Shown here: positions 13,698 through 26,190 of the stretch, piece by piece
Layout of the letters: every line of letters begins with the position of its first letter
Position numbering within the stretch: position 1 is the stretch's first letter
Assembly: GCA_951406725.2 (NCBI GenBank)
Contig: OX597818.1
Span: 54,002,001-54,066,000 of the forward strand
Direction: 5' to 3'
Length of the DNA: 64,000 nucleotides
From: Octopus vulgaris
Lineage: Eukaryota
The notes under the pieces: model-generated
What the model saw: the letters and a program-made list of their open reading frames with translations, nothing else
Databases searched by the model: none
What the model was told of the DNA's origin: nothing
Translations under genes and position numbers: made by a program

Positions 13698-14857
13698 ATC
13701 ATCATCATCATCATTTCACTTCCGTTTTCCATGCTGGCATGCGTTAGACGGTTTGACTGAAAACTGGCAAGCCAGGGAGCTTCACTAGGTTCTGATCTGA
13801 TTTTGCAAGGTTTCTACAGCTGGATGCCCTTCCTAACGCCAACCACTCCAAGTATGTAGTGGGTGTTTTTTTTTTACGTGCCACCAGCATGGGTGCCATT
13901 GACCTGACGCCGACACCATCCATGACCACAGTCTCACTTAGCTTGACCGGTCTACACAACATGGTATATTGCCGAAGGTCTTCGTCACTTGTCACTGCTT
14001 CCATGAGGTCTGACACTCTAACTGTGCTTTTTACATGTGCAGGTGCCAGTCAGACAGCACTGGCATCAGCCACAGCCATAGTTTCACTCAGCTCAACTGG
14101 TTCTTTTAACAGGCCAGTTATGCGACACTGGCATTGGCCACGACTACGCTCTCACTTGGTTTGATGGGTCTTCTGAAGCACAGCATACCACCAAGGGTCT
14201 TGACCACTTGTCATTGCCTCTGTGATGCCTAACATTTGGAGATCGGGCTTCACCACGTCGTCCCATGTCCTCCTGGGTCTACCTCTTCCACAGGCTCCCT
14301 CTACCATTAGAGTGTGACACTTCTTCGCACAGCTGTCCTCAGCGATATGCATCACATGGCCATACCAGCTCAGTCATCTCTCTTGTACACCACATCTGAT
14401 GCCTCTTATGCCCAACTTTTCTCTCAAGATGCTTACACTCGGTCGTGCATGCACACTGATATTTCACATCAAGCGAAGCATACTAGCTTCATTTCTTACA
14501 CGTCTATGCATGTCCTCAGCAGTCACAGCCCATGTTTCACTGCTGTGTAGCATGGCTGTTTGCACACCGGCATCATACAGTCTGCTTTTCAATCTGAGCA
14601 AGAGGCCCTTTCTTACCAGCAGAGGTAGGAGCTCTCTGAACTTTGCCCAGCCTATTTGTATTCTTGCAGCTATGCTCTCAGAGCATCCACCCTTGCTACT
14701 GATCTGGTCACCTAGATAACAGAAGCTATCAACTACATCTAGTTTCCCCACCTGGCATTTGATGAAATCTGTTTTCTCTACATTTTTAGTGTTAATTGTA
14801 CTTATACAGCTTCCACACACAAACACTCTTTTCCCTGATAACCTTCCTCCCTCATAA
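13698..14857 (-). mobile_element. RTE-clade LINE 3' portion (RT C-terminus + 3'UTR + (GAT)n tail)
   Basis: VDSFCYLG..ARIQIGWAKFREL..RLYDAGVQTAMLHSSETW..GRGRPRRTW, then 3'UTR repeats and (GAT)n. This identifies the abundant GGAAGGGCATCCAGCTGTAGAAAC/(GAT)n repeat as an RTE 3' end. Confidence 0.88.
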
Positions 14858-14877
14858 CCTGACATGCAGATTATATA

Positions 14878-15187
14878 TTTTGTTGTTTGTTCCTTCTTGA
14901 GCCATGCCTGGCTCATAAGGGCCAGTTTCCTGGTTTCCTTAGCGTATAGGTTCCCCAACTGGACGGGACGTCGGTCCGTCGCAGGTGAGCTGCAAGATGC
15001 AGGAGGAAAGAGTGAGAGAAAGTTGTGGCGAAAGAGTCAGCAGAAGTTCGCCATTACCTTCTGCTGGAGCTGCATGGAGCTTAGGTGTATCGCTCATAAA
15101 CACACACATCGCCCGGTCTGAGATTCGAACCCGCGATCCCTCAACCACGAGTCTGGTGCTCTAACCACTAGGCCATGTGCCTCCACA
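14878..15187 (-). mobile_element. tRNA-derived SINE family C (V-domain-like)
   Basis: Head GGAGGCACATGGCCTAGTGGTTAG..GGTTCGAATC, core CTGCGACGGACCGACGTCCCGTCCAG resembling the V-SINE domain, (ACA)n tail. Relatives at 40364-40572(-) and 57685-57978(-). Confidence 0.7.
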
Positions 15188-15475
15188 GATTATATATACT
15201 ATACACATATACATAATATGCTACACTCTTACTGGTTTGAATTGGTTGAGAAAATACATTTGTTGATGTTACTGCAGGGCCAGATTTAGACCTAGTGAGG
15301 CCTTGGGAGCAATAAGTTTCGGGGGGGCCCCTGTGAGTTTGCATATGTAATTTTCAACTGTTTAGATATCTACAGTCAATCATATCACAGTGCATTTAAA
15401 AACTAATAAGCAAATTTAGCAGCCACAGCCAAAATATCAAAGACTGTATCACACAAGTTGCAACATGAAATATAA

Positions 15476-16385
15476 GGTCATAGAGGTTGTCAGGGTTTGC
15501 GATAGAGTGCTTAAGCTCAGGTTGGTCCTACAGAGTGGCACAGCTATGATTATCTCCGCCTATGCCCCACAAGCGGGACTACCAAATGATCAGAAGGACC
15601 ACTTTTATGATACCCTTCTACAGGCTACATCAAAGACTAGTGGCAAGGACCTCATCTTTGTGGGTGGAAACTTTAATGGGCATGTTGGGCGGGAATCGGG
15701 GTATCTTCACTGGGGTACACGGTGGCCATGGTATTGGTACCAGAAATGATGAGGGAACTAGACTACTGGAATTCTGTGATGCATGTAACCTTTTAATCTG
15801 CAACACTAACTTCAAGAAGCCTGACTGCCACCTTATAACCTATCAGTCAGGAGACTCCGCTAGCCAAATAGACTTCATCCTCACCAGACAGCAGGATGCA
15901 GGGTCGCTCTTGAATACAAAGAGCCTCCCGGATGAAGAATGTATCCCTCAGCATAGACTAATCATCAGTGACTTTAAGCTTGAGGCCAGAAGGACTCCAA
16001 GAAACAAACCAATCCAGAAAAGAAGGATTTGGAAGCTAAAGAACCCTTCACATGGTCAGAGATTTAGGGACATCCTCATCAATAAATTTGATGAGAGGGA
16101 GGAGGAGCTTCAGACGTCGGACATAGAAGGTAGCTGGGAATTCCTACAGGACAGCTTGCTGAGTGCCACAGACCGAGTCTGTGGATGGTGCGAAGTCCCT
16201 TCCAGACCTAGAGTTACGTGGTGGTGGAATAGTGCAGTAGACAAAGCCATTAGTACAAAGAGACGGGCCTGGAAAGCCTGGAGGGATGGGGGTAGCAGGG
16301 AACTGTACCAGGTAGCCAAAAGGGAGGCTGGGCGGCAGGTATACATAGCCAAAGATGTAGCAGAAAAGAAGAAGTTTGCCAATGT
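15476..16385 (+). mobile_element. RTE-clade LINE fragment (APE endonuclease and linker)
   Basis: IISAYAPQ, GNFNGHVG, NDEGTRLLEFC, NTNFKK, ITYQSG..SQIDFIL and QHRLI motifs, with a frameshift. Confidence 0.9.
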
Positions 16386-16838
16386 TTTGTTTTCATAAGT
16401 TCTGGATTAAAATCTTCCACCAAACCTTAGTCACAATTTATGTTCCTGACACTAGCTGAATGATAACTAAGTTATTTTACTAAATTCTTTGTCATATTTA
16501 AAGTAATTGAAAGAAACACAGAGCATCTCAAAATAAATACAGTAACAAAAGGGATAAATCAAGGGACCTCAAACAGTTTGAAGTGGCACCAAAACTTAAA
16601 AGGGCCTCAATTAATTCAGAGTGACTTAAATTTAATGACTTTTTTTAATCTACCAGGGTCTGATAAATGAAAAGGGGGCTCAAAAATTTTAAAAGGACTG
16701 TGAAACATTTGAGATCTTTATTCCTAAATACTTTGAATTATGTTGTATTATGAACACAATATTGCTGAAATAAATCATGGAAGAATTATAATTACTCAAA
16801 TGATGTGATACAGTTTTTATTACTGCAGTTTATGAAAA

Positions 16839-17238
16839 TCTTTATATATAAAAGTGAAGTTGTGTGTCTGTCTCCTACGATTTAGATTCCTAACTACTCC
16901 CACATTTTGCGGTGCAGTTTAACCAAAGCCGGGTATCTTATAGTCGTGATTCATATCGAGCCCTTCTGGGTATTAGCGCACGTCTACGATGAGTCTACGA
17001 TTTAAAAAAAAAATTTACCATCATTTTTTTTCCATTTTAATGCATTTTTTCGCTATTATATAAGAGAAGTAACTCTCTAAAAATGTCTACGATGAGTCAA
17101 CGATTTAAAAAAAAATTTACCATCATTTTTTTTCTATTTTTAATGCATTTTTTGCTATTTTTTTGTCTATAACTCTCTAAAAATGCTTATATAGTTATTT
17201 CCCTTACAAACCCGAGCAACGCCGGGTGATGCTGCTAG
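16839..17238 (+). mobile_element. non-autonomous Helitron (~400 bp)
   Basis: 5' TC, 3' CTAG, subterminal hairpin CCCGAGCAACGCCGGG. Inserted between A and T with no TSD; the empty site is at 37481/37482. Confidence 0.9.
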
Positions 17239-17423
17239 TAAAACATAAATTTAAAAATGGCACTTTTATTTTCCATTGAAATTTATTACATTACTGACCA
17301 TTTATTGTTGATTTTGTTATACAATTGCTGCTACAGCCCTACCAGTAATGTTTCATTACCTCTGTTTCCATTTAGCATAATCCAGTGTCTCTGAAGAATT
17401 ATTTTCTTACTGGATGAGGACAT

Positions 17424-17735
17424 TATCATCATCATTGTTCGACCATGGTTGAGACAATGGAATTTACTATGCTACGCCAGACTTCACGGTCCATCATAGC
17501 ATTACGGAGGTCCCGTTGCTGGATGCCTGTATCCCTGGAGATTACATCAGGGTAGGAGAGTGTACGCCCTCTGGTATCGCAAGTAGATGGCTTCCAGAGG
17601 AGAAGAGCAGAAATTGCCTTGTTTTCAGCTCTACAACAATGTCCAGCAAACTGGACTCTCCTACCTTTCACAAGAGATGATACAGGTGATAATTTCCCAT
17701 ATATTTGTACTTTGGTTAGATGAGGACAACTGCAT
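17424..17735 (-). mobile_element. RTE-like LINE 3' fragment (third family)
   Basis: ..RRVQFAGHC..LLLWKP..RGR..MMDREVWR.. C-terminal pattern and (GAT)n tail. Confidence 0.65.
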
Positions 17736-19098
17736 GAAGATGACCTGATCTTTAATTGTGTGAGTAACATATGAACGAAGTAGACCCAAGAAGATGTGGA
17801 ACAAAGTGGTGAGAAAGGATCTTCAGATGCTGGGCCTCACTGAGGAGAGCACATGGGACTGAGACTTCTGGTGATTTGCTGTGCTTGAGAAGATACATCA
17901 AGCTAAGTAAAATCATGGCCATCCATACATATAGGCATGTCTCTGTGTCAGCCAAAAAGCCCTTGTCCTGTGGGCTTGTGGGTGATAGTGTCATATAAAA
18001 ACAACTGTGCTGGTGCCATGTTAAAAGCACACTTGTTGGTGCCACGTAAGACACACCTGTGCCAGTACCACAAAGAAAAAATACCCATTTGGGGCTGCAT
18101 AGAAAGCTCTCATACTGGTGCCATGTAAAAAGCACCTGTATCAGTTTCACATATAAAGCGCTAGCTAGTGGGGGGGAGTCGATTCGATTGACCCCAGTAC
18201 ACAGCTGGTACTTAATTTATCAACCCCGAAAAGATGAAAGGCAAAGTCGACCTCAGCGGAATTTGAACTCAGAATGTAAAGACAAACAAAATACCGCTAA
18301 GCATTTCGCCTGGCGTGCTAATGTTTCTCATTTCTTTATTGCCCACAAGGGGCTAATCATAGAGGGGACAAACAAGGACAGACAAAGGGATTAAGTCAAT
18401 TGCATCGACCCCATTGTGTAACTGGTACTTTATTTATCGACCCCGAAAGGATGAAAGGCAAAGTCAACCTCGGTGGAAATTGAACTCAGAATGTAATGGC
18501 AGATGAAGCACCGCTAGGCATTTCATCCGGTGTGCTAACGTTTCTGCCAGCTTGCCGCCTTTGTAAAAAGCACACTCCTCTTCTTCTTCCTCTCTTCCTC
18601 CCCTTCTTCTTCTTCTTCCTCATCTCCTCCTCTTCCTCCTCCTCCTCTCCTCTTCCCTACCCCCTCCTCTTCCTCCTCCCCCTCCCCCTCATCATCGTCA
18701 CCATCACCATCGTTTACCTTTGGCTTTCCATGTTGGCATGGACCGGATGGTTTCACAGGATCGAGCAAGCCACATGGTTGTATTATTGAGCTTCGGCATG
18801 GTTTCTACAGCTGGATGCCCTTCCTAATGCCAACCACTTCACAGTGCATGCTAAGTGCTGTTTTGGGGGCTATCGGCACCAGTGAGGTCACCAAGCAACA
18901 TTCAAGACAGGAAAAGAACAAGAAAGAACAACAATTTTATTTTAATGTATAAGAAATTATTTTACGGTGACACGTAAGAAGCACCATCTGAACGTGGCCG
19001 ATGCCAGTGCCACCTGACTGGCTCCCTGGCATTAGGAAGGGCATCCAGCTGTAGAAACATTGCCAGATCGGATTGGAGCCTGGTGCAGCCTCCTGGTT

Positions 19099-19298
19099 CA
19101 TAAAGGAGGACCTCTCCGAACTATCAGGGCCGCAGGTGGTCGGTCTGCGTAGATGGAACCACGAATGGCTTGCTATCTCCAGTGACCTCGCATGGGACCG
19201 TCGAGCGTAGGCCGCCATGGTTCTTGATACCGTTAGGACCGGAGAAGAATCTGGCTCAACCCACACTGGGTGAATGCCATCACGAGTACAAGTAAGTA
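19099..19298 (+). mobile_element. short 3' end of a second RTE-like LINE with a 12-bp TSD
   Basis: AGCCTCCTGGTT at 19087-19098 and 19299-19310. Insert encodes ..WLAISSDLAWDRR.. and ends in an (AGTA)n tail. Confidence 0.75.
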
Positions 19299-20084
19299 AG
19301 CCTCCTGGTTTGCCAGTCCCCAGTCAAACCTATTTCTTTACTACCCACAAGGGGCTAAACACAGAGAGGACAAACAGATTAAGTCGATTATATCGACCCC
19401 AGCGCGTAACTGGTACTTAATTTATCGACCCCGAAAGGATGAAAGGCAAAGTCGACCTCGGCGGAATTCGAACTCAGAACGTAACGACAGACGAAATACC
19501 GCTAAGTATTTCGCCCTGCGTGCTAACGATTCTGCCAGCTCACCGCCTTCATTTCAACCATCACCATCACAACTCCCATACCATCACCATCACCATCACC
19601 ACTGTCTCTCACATTCCTTACTATCACCGTCATGCTTGACTGCCTCAGCTGCCACAACAACCACCATCAGCACTTTTACCTCAGCCCCTATCACAACTAC
19701 ACCTCATACTATTACCCTCACCCCATTACCATCTCAACTGTCAATCTGCTACTACCCTCTCCATGCCTACTATTACTCACACCCCAGCAAGAAGAGTAGA
19801 AATGCCATTGAATAGTGAGAGAGAGAGTCAAAGTGTGTTACTACACTTTGACCCCTCGAAATGTGACACACTGACACACAGAAATTCGTTTTGGCATGGT
19901 ACATAAAAAGCACCCACTACACTCTCGGAATGGTTGGTGTTAGGAAGGGCATCCAGCTGTAGAAACTCTGCCAGATCAAACTGGGCCTGGCACAGCCTTC
20001 TGGCTTCCCAGACCCCAGTTGAATCGTCCAACCCATGCTAGCATGGAAAACGGACTTTAAACGATGATGATGATTATTATTATT

Positions 20085-20639
20085 GAGTGAAAGACCAGTG
20101 CATGCCATCAATGTGACACTGGGGTAAAATATACGAAGCCCAGTATACCAATCATGACTACCCGTCTGATAAGGGTACACCAGGCACATGCATCACAACC
20201 ATATATGCGTGACATGGTGATCTCATATCAAAATAAACAGCACATGACCTTGCAGGTGGGGCCCAGTTAGAATTTTCTTCTGGTCGAGTAGCCCATCTCA
20301 CTTAAAAGGTCCCTCAATAAGGTTTATTTAAGGATGTTGAACGAACCACCCATGTTTCCAAAGGTGAATTATTCAAACCCCAAAGAATCCCTCTCAACAC
20401 ATGGCTATGATGCTCCCCAACTATTTCTGCTCATGATCAGAGATGCACATATCATCAGCCACTAAGGGACATGCTCAACTGGTTAAGGTCAAACAACTGA
20501 CAAGCAAATCTGTGGTATTGAGCAGAATATTTGCTGTAGCCCATCTCTTTATACCAAGACAAAACAATGTACATGATAACACTTCCAATCAGTTAAGATC
20601 AGAAGCCATGAGAGCCACTGCCTGGTACTGCATCAGGGC

Positions 20640-20640
<1 letters not shown>
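20085..20640. mobile_element. unclassified ~550-bp repeat embedded in (ATT)n; second copy 22242-22785
   Basis: Both copies run (ATT)n|GAGTGA ... CATCAGGGCA|TTT(ATT)n with identical ends. Confidence 0.75.
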
Positions 20641-20702
<62 letters not shown>

Positions 20703-20930
20703 GTATATATATATATATATATATACTTTATAATTAGGGTTCAGCAAAAGATTTGCTTTACCACATACCGAAGTTTAGAAATAGCAGCCAAAGAACCTTA
20801 GCTATTTCCTCTACTTTAAAAAGAGACTCCTGGAAAAAACAAAGTACTCAAAAACAATCTGGTGAAATTATTGATTACTAGTTAATTAATTAATTTTACC
20901 CTTTGTTGTTATTGATATATATGATATATA

Positions 20931-21498
20931 TTGAGGGAACCTGTGGAAGTGGTAGACACACTAAAACCTGGGACGAGGTGGTGAAGCACGACCTTCGCTC
21001 TTTAGGTCTCACCTAGGAAATGACCAGAGACCGAGACCTTTGGAAATATGCTGTGCATGAGAAGACCCGGCAGGACAAGTGAGGCCATAACCTGTGGCCT
21101 CTACCTGGGACGGAGTCAGTCCACCTGTGCATACCTTCCTTCTTGGGACACATAACTCTACTTGTGAAGACCTGTTGAGGCAAGTGAAAATCAAAATCAA
21201 AATCGTATTCGATCAACATCAATGGAATTTGTAGTTGTGAGACCAGTGCCGGTGGCACGTAAGAGAACCATCCAAACGTGGCTGTAGCCAGCGCCACATC
21301 GACTGGCCTCCGTGCCGGTGGCACGTAAAAAGCACCCACTACACTCACGGAGTGGTTGGCGTTAGGAAGGGCATCCAGCTGTAGAAACACTGCCAGATCT
21401 GACTGGCCTGGTGCAGCCTTCGGGCTTCCCAGACCCCAGTTGAACCGTCCAACCCATGCTAGCATGGAAAGCGGATGTTAAACGATGATGATGATGAT
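20931..21498 (+). mobile_element. RTE LINE 3' end (ORF tail + 3'UTR)
   Basis: EGTCGSGRHTKTWDEVVKHDL.. followed by the family 3'UTR and (GAT)n. Shorter copies at ~19890, 31797(-), 32168, 37940, 39074, 44174(-), 47292, 52905, 53585, 55385, 56570, 58240, 59740, 60752, 60960 and 61478(-). Confidence 0.85.
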
Positions 21499-21517
21499 AT
21501 ATATATATATATATATA

Positions 21518-21749
21518 GCAAGGAAAAATTGTAAAAAAGGCAGAATGTTAAATTGAAAGAAAATTTTAATGAAAATGGGTGTATGGAAAAGTTTTTGAAA
21601 AATTGATAAAATATATTGAATTATATATTATATTTGAATTAATATATATTTATATATTTTATCAATTTTTCAAAAACTTTTCCATACACCCATTTTCATT
21701 AAAATTTTCTTTCAATTTAACATTCTGCCTTTTTTACAATTTTTCCTTG

Positions 21750-21750
<1 letters not shown>
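21518..21750. repeat. near-perfect ~100-bp-arm palindrome inside (TA)n
   Basis: GCAAGGAAAAATTG...TTGATAAAATATA / TATATTTTATCAA...CAATTTTTCCTTGC. Confidence 0.92.
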
Positions 21751-21783
<33 letters not shown>

Positions 21784-23229
21784 GACGGGCCTGTATTATC
21801 TCATCCCCATTAAGATATGATTTATTACAATTTAATTCTGAATGTTTTCATTCACATATTTCTAAATTGTGTTTAACTCTTATTTTCTGTTATTTTCTTT
21901 ATTGCTGCTGAGATGTACAAATGAGGTCAGGAATCAGGGTCATTCTATTCTCTTTCCGTATGAAAGAAAATGATTTGAGTCCACAGCCTGCAGCTGTTAT
22001 GAGTTACCTTTTGTCTGCTGTCCTATATGCTTTTTTTTGCACGTGAGAAGACAAGTTCTGCGGTGACAGTTACATAAAGTTGGCAAGTACTAGTTGTATG
22101 TAAGTCACATGAAAACTAGGTTAAGCAAAAATGGTAGATGTATTCTTAATAGTTAATTATACACCTTAAGGTTTTTAAGTGATTATTATTGTTGTTGTTG
22201 GCGTTGTTGTTGGCGTTGGTATCATCATCATTATTATTATTGAGTGAGACAGCAGTGCATGCCACCAAAGTGACACTGGGGTAAAATATACAAAGCCCAA
22301 TATGTGACTACCAATCTGATAGGAGTACGCCGGGCACATGCATCACAACCATATGTGCATGACATGGTGATCTCATATCAAGATAAACAGCACATGACCT
22401 TGCAGGTGGGGCCCAGTTAGAATTTTCTTCAGGTCGAGTAACCCATCACGCTCAAAAGGTCCCTGAATAAGGGTTGTTTAAGGATGTAAAACGAAACACC
22501 CATGTTTCCAGAAGTGAATTATTCAAACCCCAAAGAAGTCAACACATGGCTATGATGCTCTTCCACTACTTCTGCTCGTGATCAGAAATGCACATATCGT
22601 CAGCCACTAAGGGACATGCTCAACTGGTTAAGGTCAAACAACTTACAAGCAAATCTGTGGTAATTGAGCAGAATATTTGCTGTAGCCCATCTTTTATACC
22701 AAGACAAAACAATGTACATGATAACACTTCCAATCAGTTAAGATCAGAAGCCATGAGAGCCACTGCCTGGTACTGCATCAGGGCATTTATTATTATTATT
22801 ATTATTGTTATTACTAAGGTGGCATGCTGGCAGAATCGTTGGCATGCCAGGTGAAATGCTTAGTGGTATTTCGACTGTCTTTATGTTGAGTTCAAATTCA
22901 GCCGAGGTTGACTTTGCCTTTCTTCCTTTCAGGGTCGATAAATTAAATACCAGTTGCGTCCTGGGGTTGATATAATCGACTGCCTGCCCTTCCTCCCAAA
23001 ATTTCAGGCTTTGTGCCTATAGTAGAAAGGATTATTATTTTGAAGGGTTCTAGGTGGAAGTTTCTTTTTTCTGAGATTGACAACCGACAGGACATTTACC
23101 CTGTTGCCCAAGGTGGATGAGGTGGCCATGTCCACTTAGGTATTTTTTTTTTTTTTAATTGTTTCACATATTTTGACAATCCATCACCATAATTCTTTTC
23201 CTCTTCTGCCTCCTCTTCATTATCACCTC

Positions 23230-23759
23230 AACTCCCACCACCGTCACTACAATGATGATGATGATGATGATGACATTGCGGTTCAGTGCCATCATCAAAG
23301 TCATCGTCAGCATCATCATCATCAACATCATCATTGCCATCATCATCACTGTCATCTTCCTTTTCATCATTGTCGTCATCATCATCATCAGCAGCAGCAT
23401 CATCATCATCATCACCATCATCATCATCAATATCATCAGCATCGTCCTGATCCTCATCATCATCATCACCATCATCATTGTCATCATTATCATCGTTATC
23501 ATCATCCTCATCATTGTCATCATCATCATTAGCAGCAGCGTTGTCGTCATCATCATCATCATCATCGTCATGATCCTCAGCATCATCATCATCACCATCA
23601 TCATTGTCATCGTTATAATCATCCTCATCATTGTCATCATCATTGCTATCGTTATCATCATCCTCATCATTGTCATCATCATCATCACCATCATCATCGT
23701 CATCATTATCATCGTTATCATCATCCTCATCATTGTCATCATCATTATCATCGTCATTG

Positions 23760-23790
<31 letters not shown>
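23230..23790. repeat. degenerate (CAT)n microsatellite
   Basis: Trinucleotide tract generating poly-M/H/D/I/S pseudo-ORFs. Confidence 0.97.
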
Positions 23791-23912
23791 CATTCTTCTC
23801 CATGGGTGTGGTGCTCTTCAACTCCCACGAAATGTGCATTCTGGAAAAGACTGCATATCTTTTCTCTCTTACTAGAATGTTCTGTGGTGTCAGGATATGC
23901 TGGAGAGATTTT

Positions 23913-24394
23913 GAAGTTGAAGAAGCTGCTACTACTACTACTACTATTACTACAACTACTACTACTACTTCGTCTTCTCTTTTCTCTTCTTTTTTTCCCC
24001 TTCATCTTTTCCTCCTTTTCCTTCTCTTCTCTGTCTGCTCAGAGTCTTCTTCTTCTCCTCCTTTTTCTTCTTCTTCTCCTCCTCCTTCTCCCTTCTTCTT
24101 CTTCTTCTTCTTCTTCTCCATCTACTTCTACTTCTTCTTCTCCTCCTCCTTCTTCCCTTCTTCTTCTTCTTCTACTTCTTCTTCTCCTCCTTCTTTTTCT
24201 TCTTCTTCTTCTTCTTCTTCTTCTTCTTCTTCTTCTTCGCCTTCTTCTTCTACTACTACTCCTTCTTCTTCTTTTAGAAGAAGAAGAAGAAGAAGAAGGT
24301 GTAGGAGAAGAAGAAAAAGGAGAAGACTCTGAGCAGACAGAGAAGAGAAGAAAATGGAGGAAAAGATGAAGGGGGAAAAACGAAGAGAGAAGAC

Positions 24395-24425
<31 letters not shown>

Positions 24426-24625
24426 CAGCAGCTTCTTCAACTTCTTTTTCTTCTTCTTCTTCTTCTTCTTTTTCTTCTTTTTCTACTTCTTCTTCTTCTT
24501 TTTCTCCTCCTCCTTCTTCTTCTTCTTCTTCTTCTTCTTCTTCTTCTTCTTCTTCTCTTCCTTCTTTCCCTTCTTCTTCTTCTTCTTCTTCTTCTTCTTC
24601 TCTCCCTTCCCCTCCTCCTTCTTCA
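23913..24625. repeat. (CTT)n/(CTA)n low-complexity region containing an inverted repeat (23913-24065 vs ~24275-24444)
   Basis: The unique piece CTCTTCTCTGTCTGCTCAGAGTCTTC recurs as GAAGACTCTGAGCAGACAGAGAAGAG. Confidence 0.9.
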
Positions 24626-24838
24626 CTGTATTAAATACAAAGCCTGCATTGTCCAAATTATTCCAGTGCCAAACCTTCAAGAGGAGAAGGCAGAGTGCGG
24701 AGAGTGAAATACAGCTGAAGTTAGGTGGAGGCTTCAGGGTTCACAATTATAATTCTTTATCAATAGGCGTCAGTATGACTGTGTGGTAAGTAACTTGCTT
24801 ATGAACCACATGGATCCAGGTTCAGTCCCACTGACAAA

Positions 24839-25230
24839 TCTTTATATATAAAAGAGAGGTTGTGTGCTGTCTGTCTCCTACGATTTAGATTCCTAACTAC
24901 TCCCACATTTTGTGGTGCAGTGTAACCAAAACCGGGTATCTTATAGTCGTGATTCATATCAAGCCCTTCTGGGTATTAGCGCGCGTCTATGATGAGTCTA
25001 CGATTTTAAAAATAATTTACCATCATTTTTTCCCATTTTAATGCATATTTTTTGAAAGGGAAGTAACTCTCTAAAAATGTCTACGATGAGTCAACGATTT
25101 AAAAAAAAATTACCATCATATTTTTTCCATTTTTTATGCATTTTTTTACTATTTTTTGGCTATAATTCTCTAAAAATGCTGTATAGTTATTTCCCTTACA
25201 AATCCGAGCAACGCCGGGCGATACTGCTAG
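24839..25230 (+). mobile_element. non-autonomous Helitron, same family
   Basis: A|TC...CCGAGCAACGCCGGG..CTAG|T; homologous to 16839-17238. Confidence 0.88.
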
Positions 25231-26190
25231 TGCTACGTAAATATAAAGACAGTAACACAAAAGCGGTGGTTCATGATTCACATTCTCTGATAATAGCAGA
25301 GAAAAATTATAGTCAAATCGAAGGAGAAGCTCCAGCGATTATTTTCACGGGTTTTTACATTGTAGAAGCTTTCATCTACAGACTCATCATCATCCGTTAT
25401 CAATATTTGGGTCAAAGAAAGGAATCCCTACCCATACAGCTAATAGGCTACAATGCTGGAGTAAGGTATTATTAGGATTTCAAGATGGAGTATATACCAT
25501 CCAAGAAATTAGGCCATGCTGATTGTCTATGAAGACTGATTTTTAAAAATGCTGAATGACTGGAAGACGCCGTGATTGCTGCTTTGCGAGTAGAATATGA
25601 AGTTTAAAATGCTTTGTGTAATGTTATACATGAACTGCCAGTTATTTTACAAGACATGTAATTAAAATCGGAAAACGATAAATTCCTTTTAAAAAATGAA
25701 AGAAATGCTGACGGCTAAATGAGATAAAAATATGTGCAACACAAATGCAGGCCATTTCTCAATATGTCAATGTGTTGATATATGCACAAAGTGTCGTAGC
25801 GTCAGCCACAATACTGAAGCAATTGTTAAAGGAATTTCATATTGGTCAACCAGGGATTTCGAGAATGAAATCTTTAATGAGACCTTATTGGCCAACAATG
25901 GACTGTGAGACTGAAGAAGCAGTGAAAGCATGCAGAGGATGTCCCTTAGCTGCAAAAGTGCCTATCACAGACTAAATGGCAACCATGGCCGAAAACAGAT
26001 GTTCCATGGGCCACACTGCATGTTCATCATGCAGGTCCACTTAAGGGTTCATACTACCTAGGGCTGGATAGTTTGTATTCAGAGTGGTTACAGATGAGTT
26101 TATAAAATTTTGTAAAATGCTTGTTATCGAACATGTGACCACTCTGCCATATCATCCAAGGTCAAATGGACAAGTGGAGCATTTTATTGA
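25231..26190 (+). mobile_element. inverted duplicate of the Gypsy RNase H-integrase segment
   Basis: 25231-26009 is the reverse complement of 26346-27124, then continues into an integrase core remnant ..HVTTLPYHPRSNGQVEHF. Confidence 0.9.

Noticed and set aside
15110-15187. tRNA gene on the minus strand (also ~40500-40572 and ~57905-57978)
   Set aside because: A/B boxes are present but there is no closing acceptor stem and the sequence continues into a SINE body; treated as SINE heads.
23164-24680. Long ORFs (poly-M, -D, -H, -I, -S, -L, -K)
   Set aside because: Translations of (CAT)n and (CTT)n microsatellites, open in several frames, with no splice or domain support.
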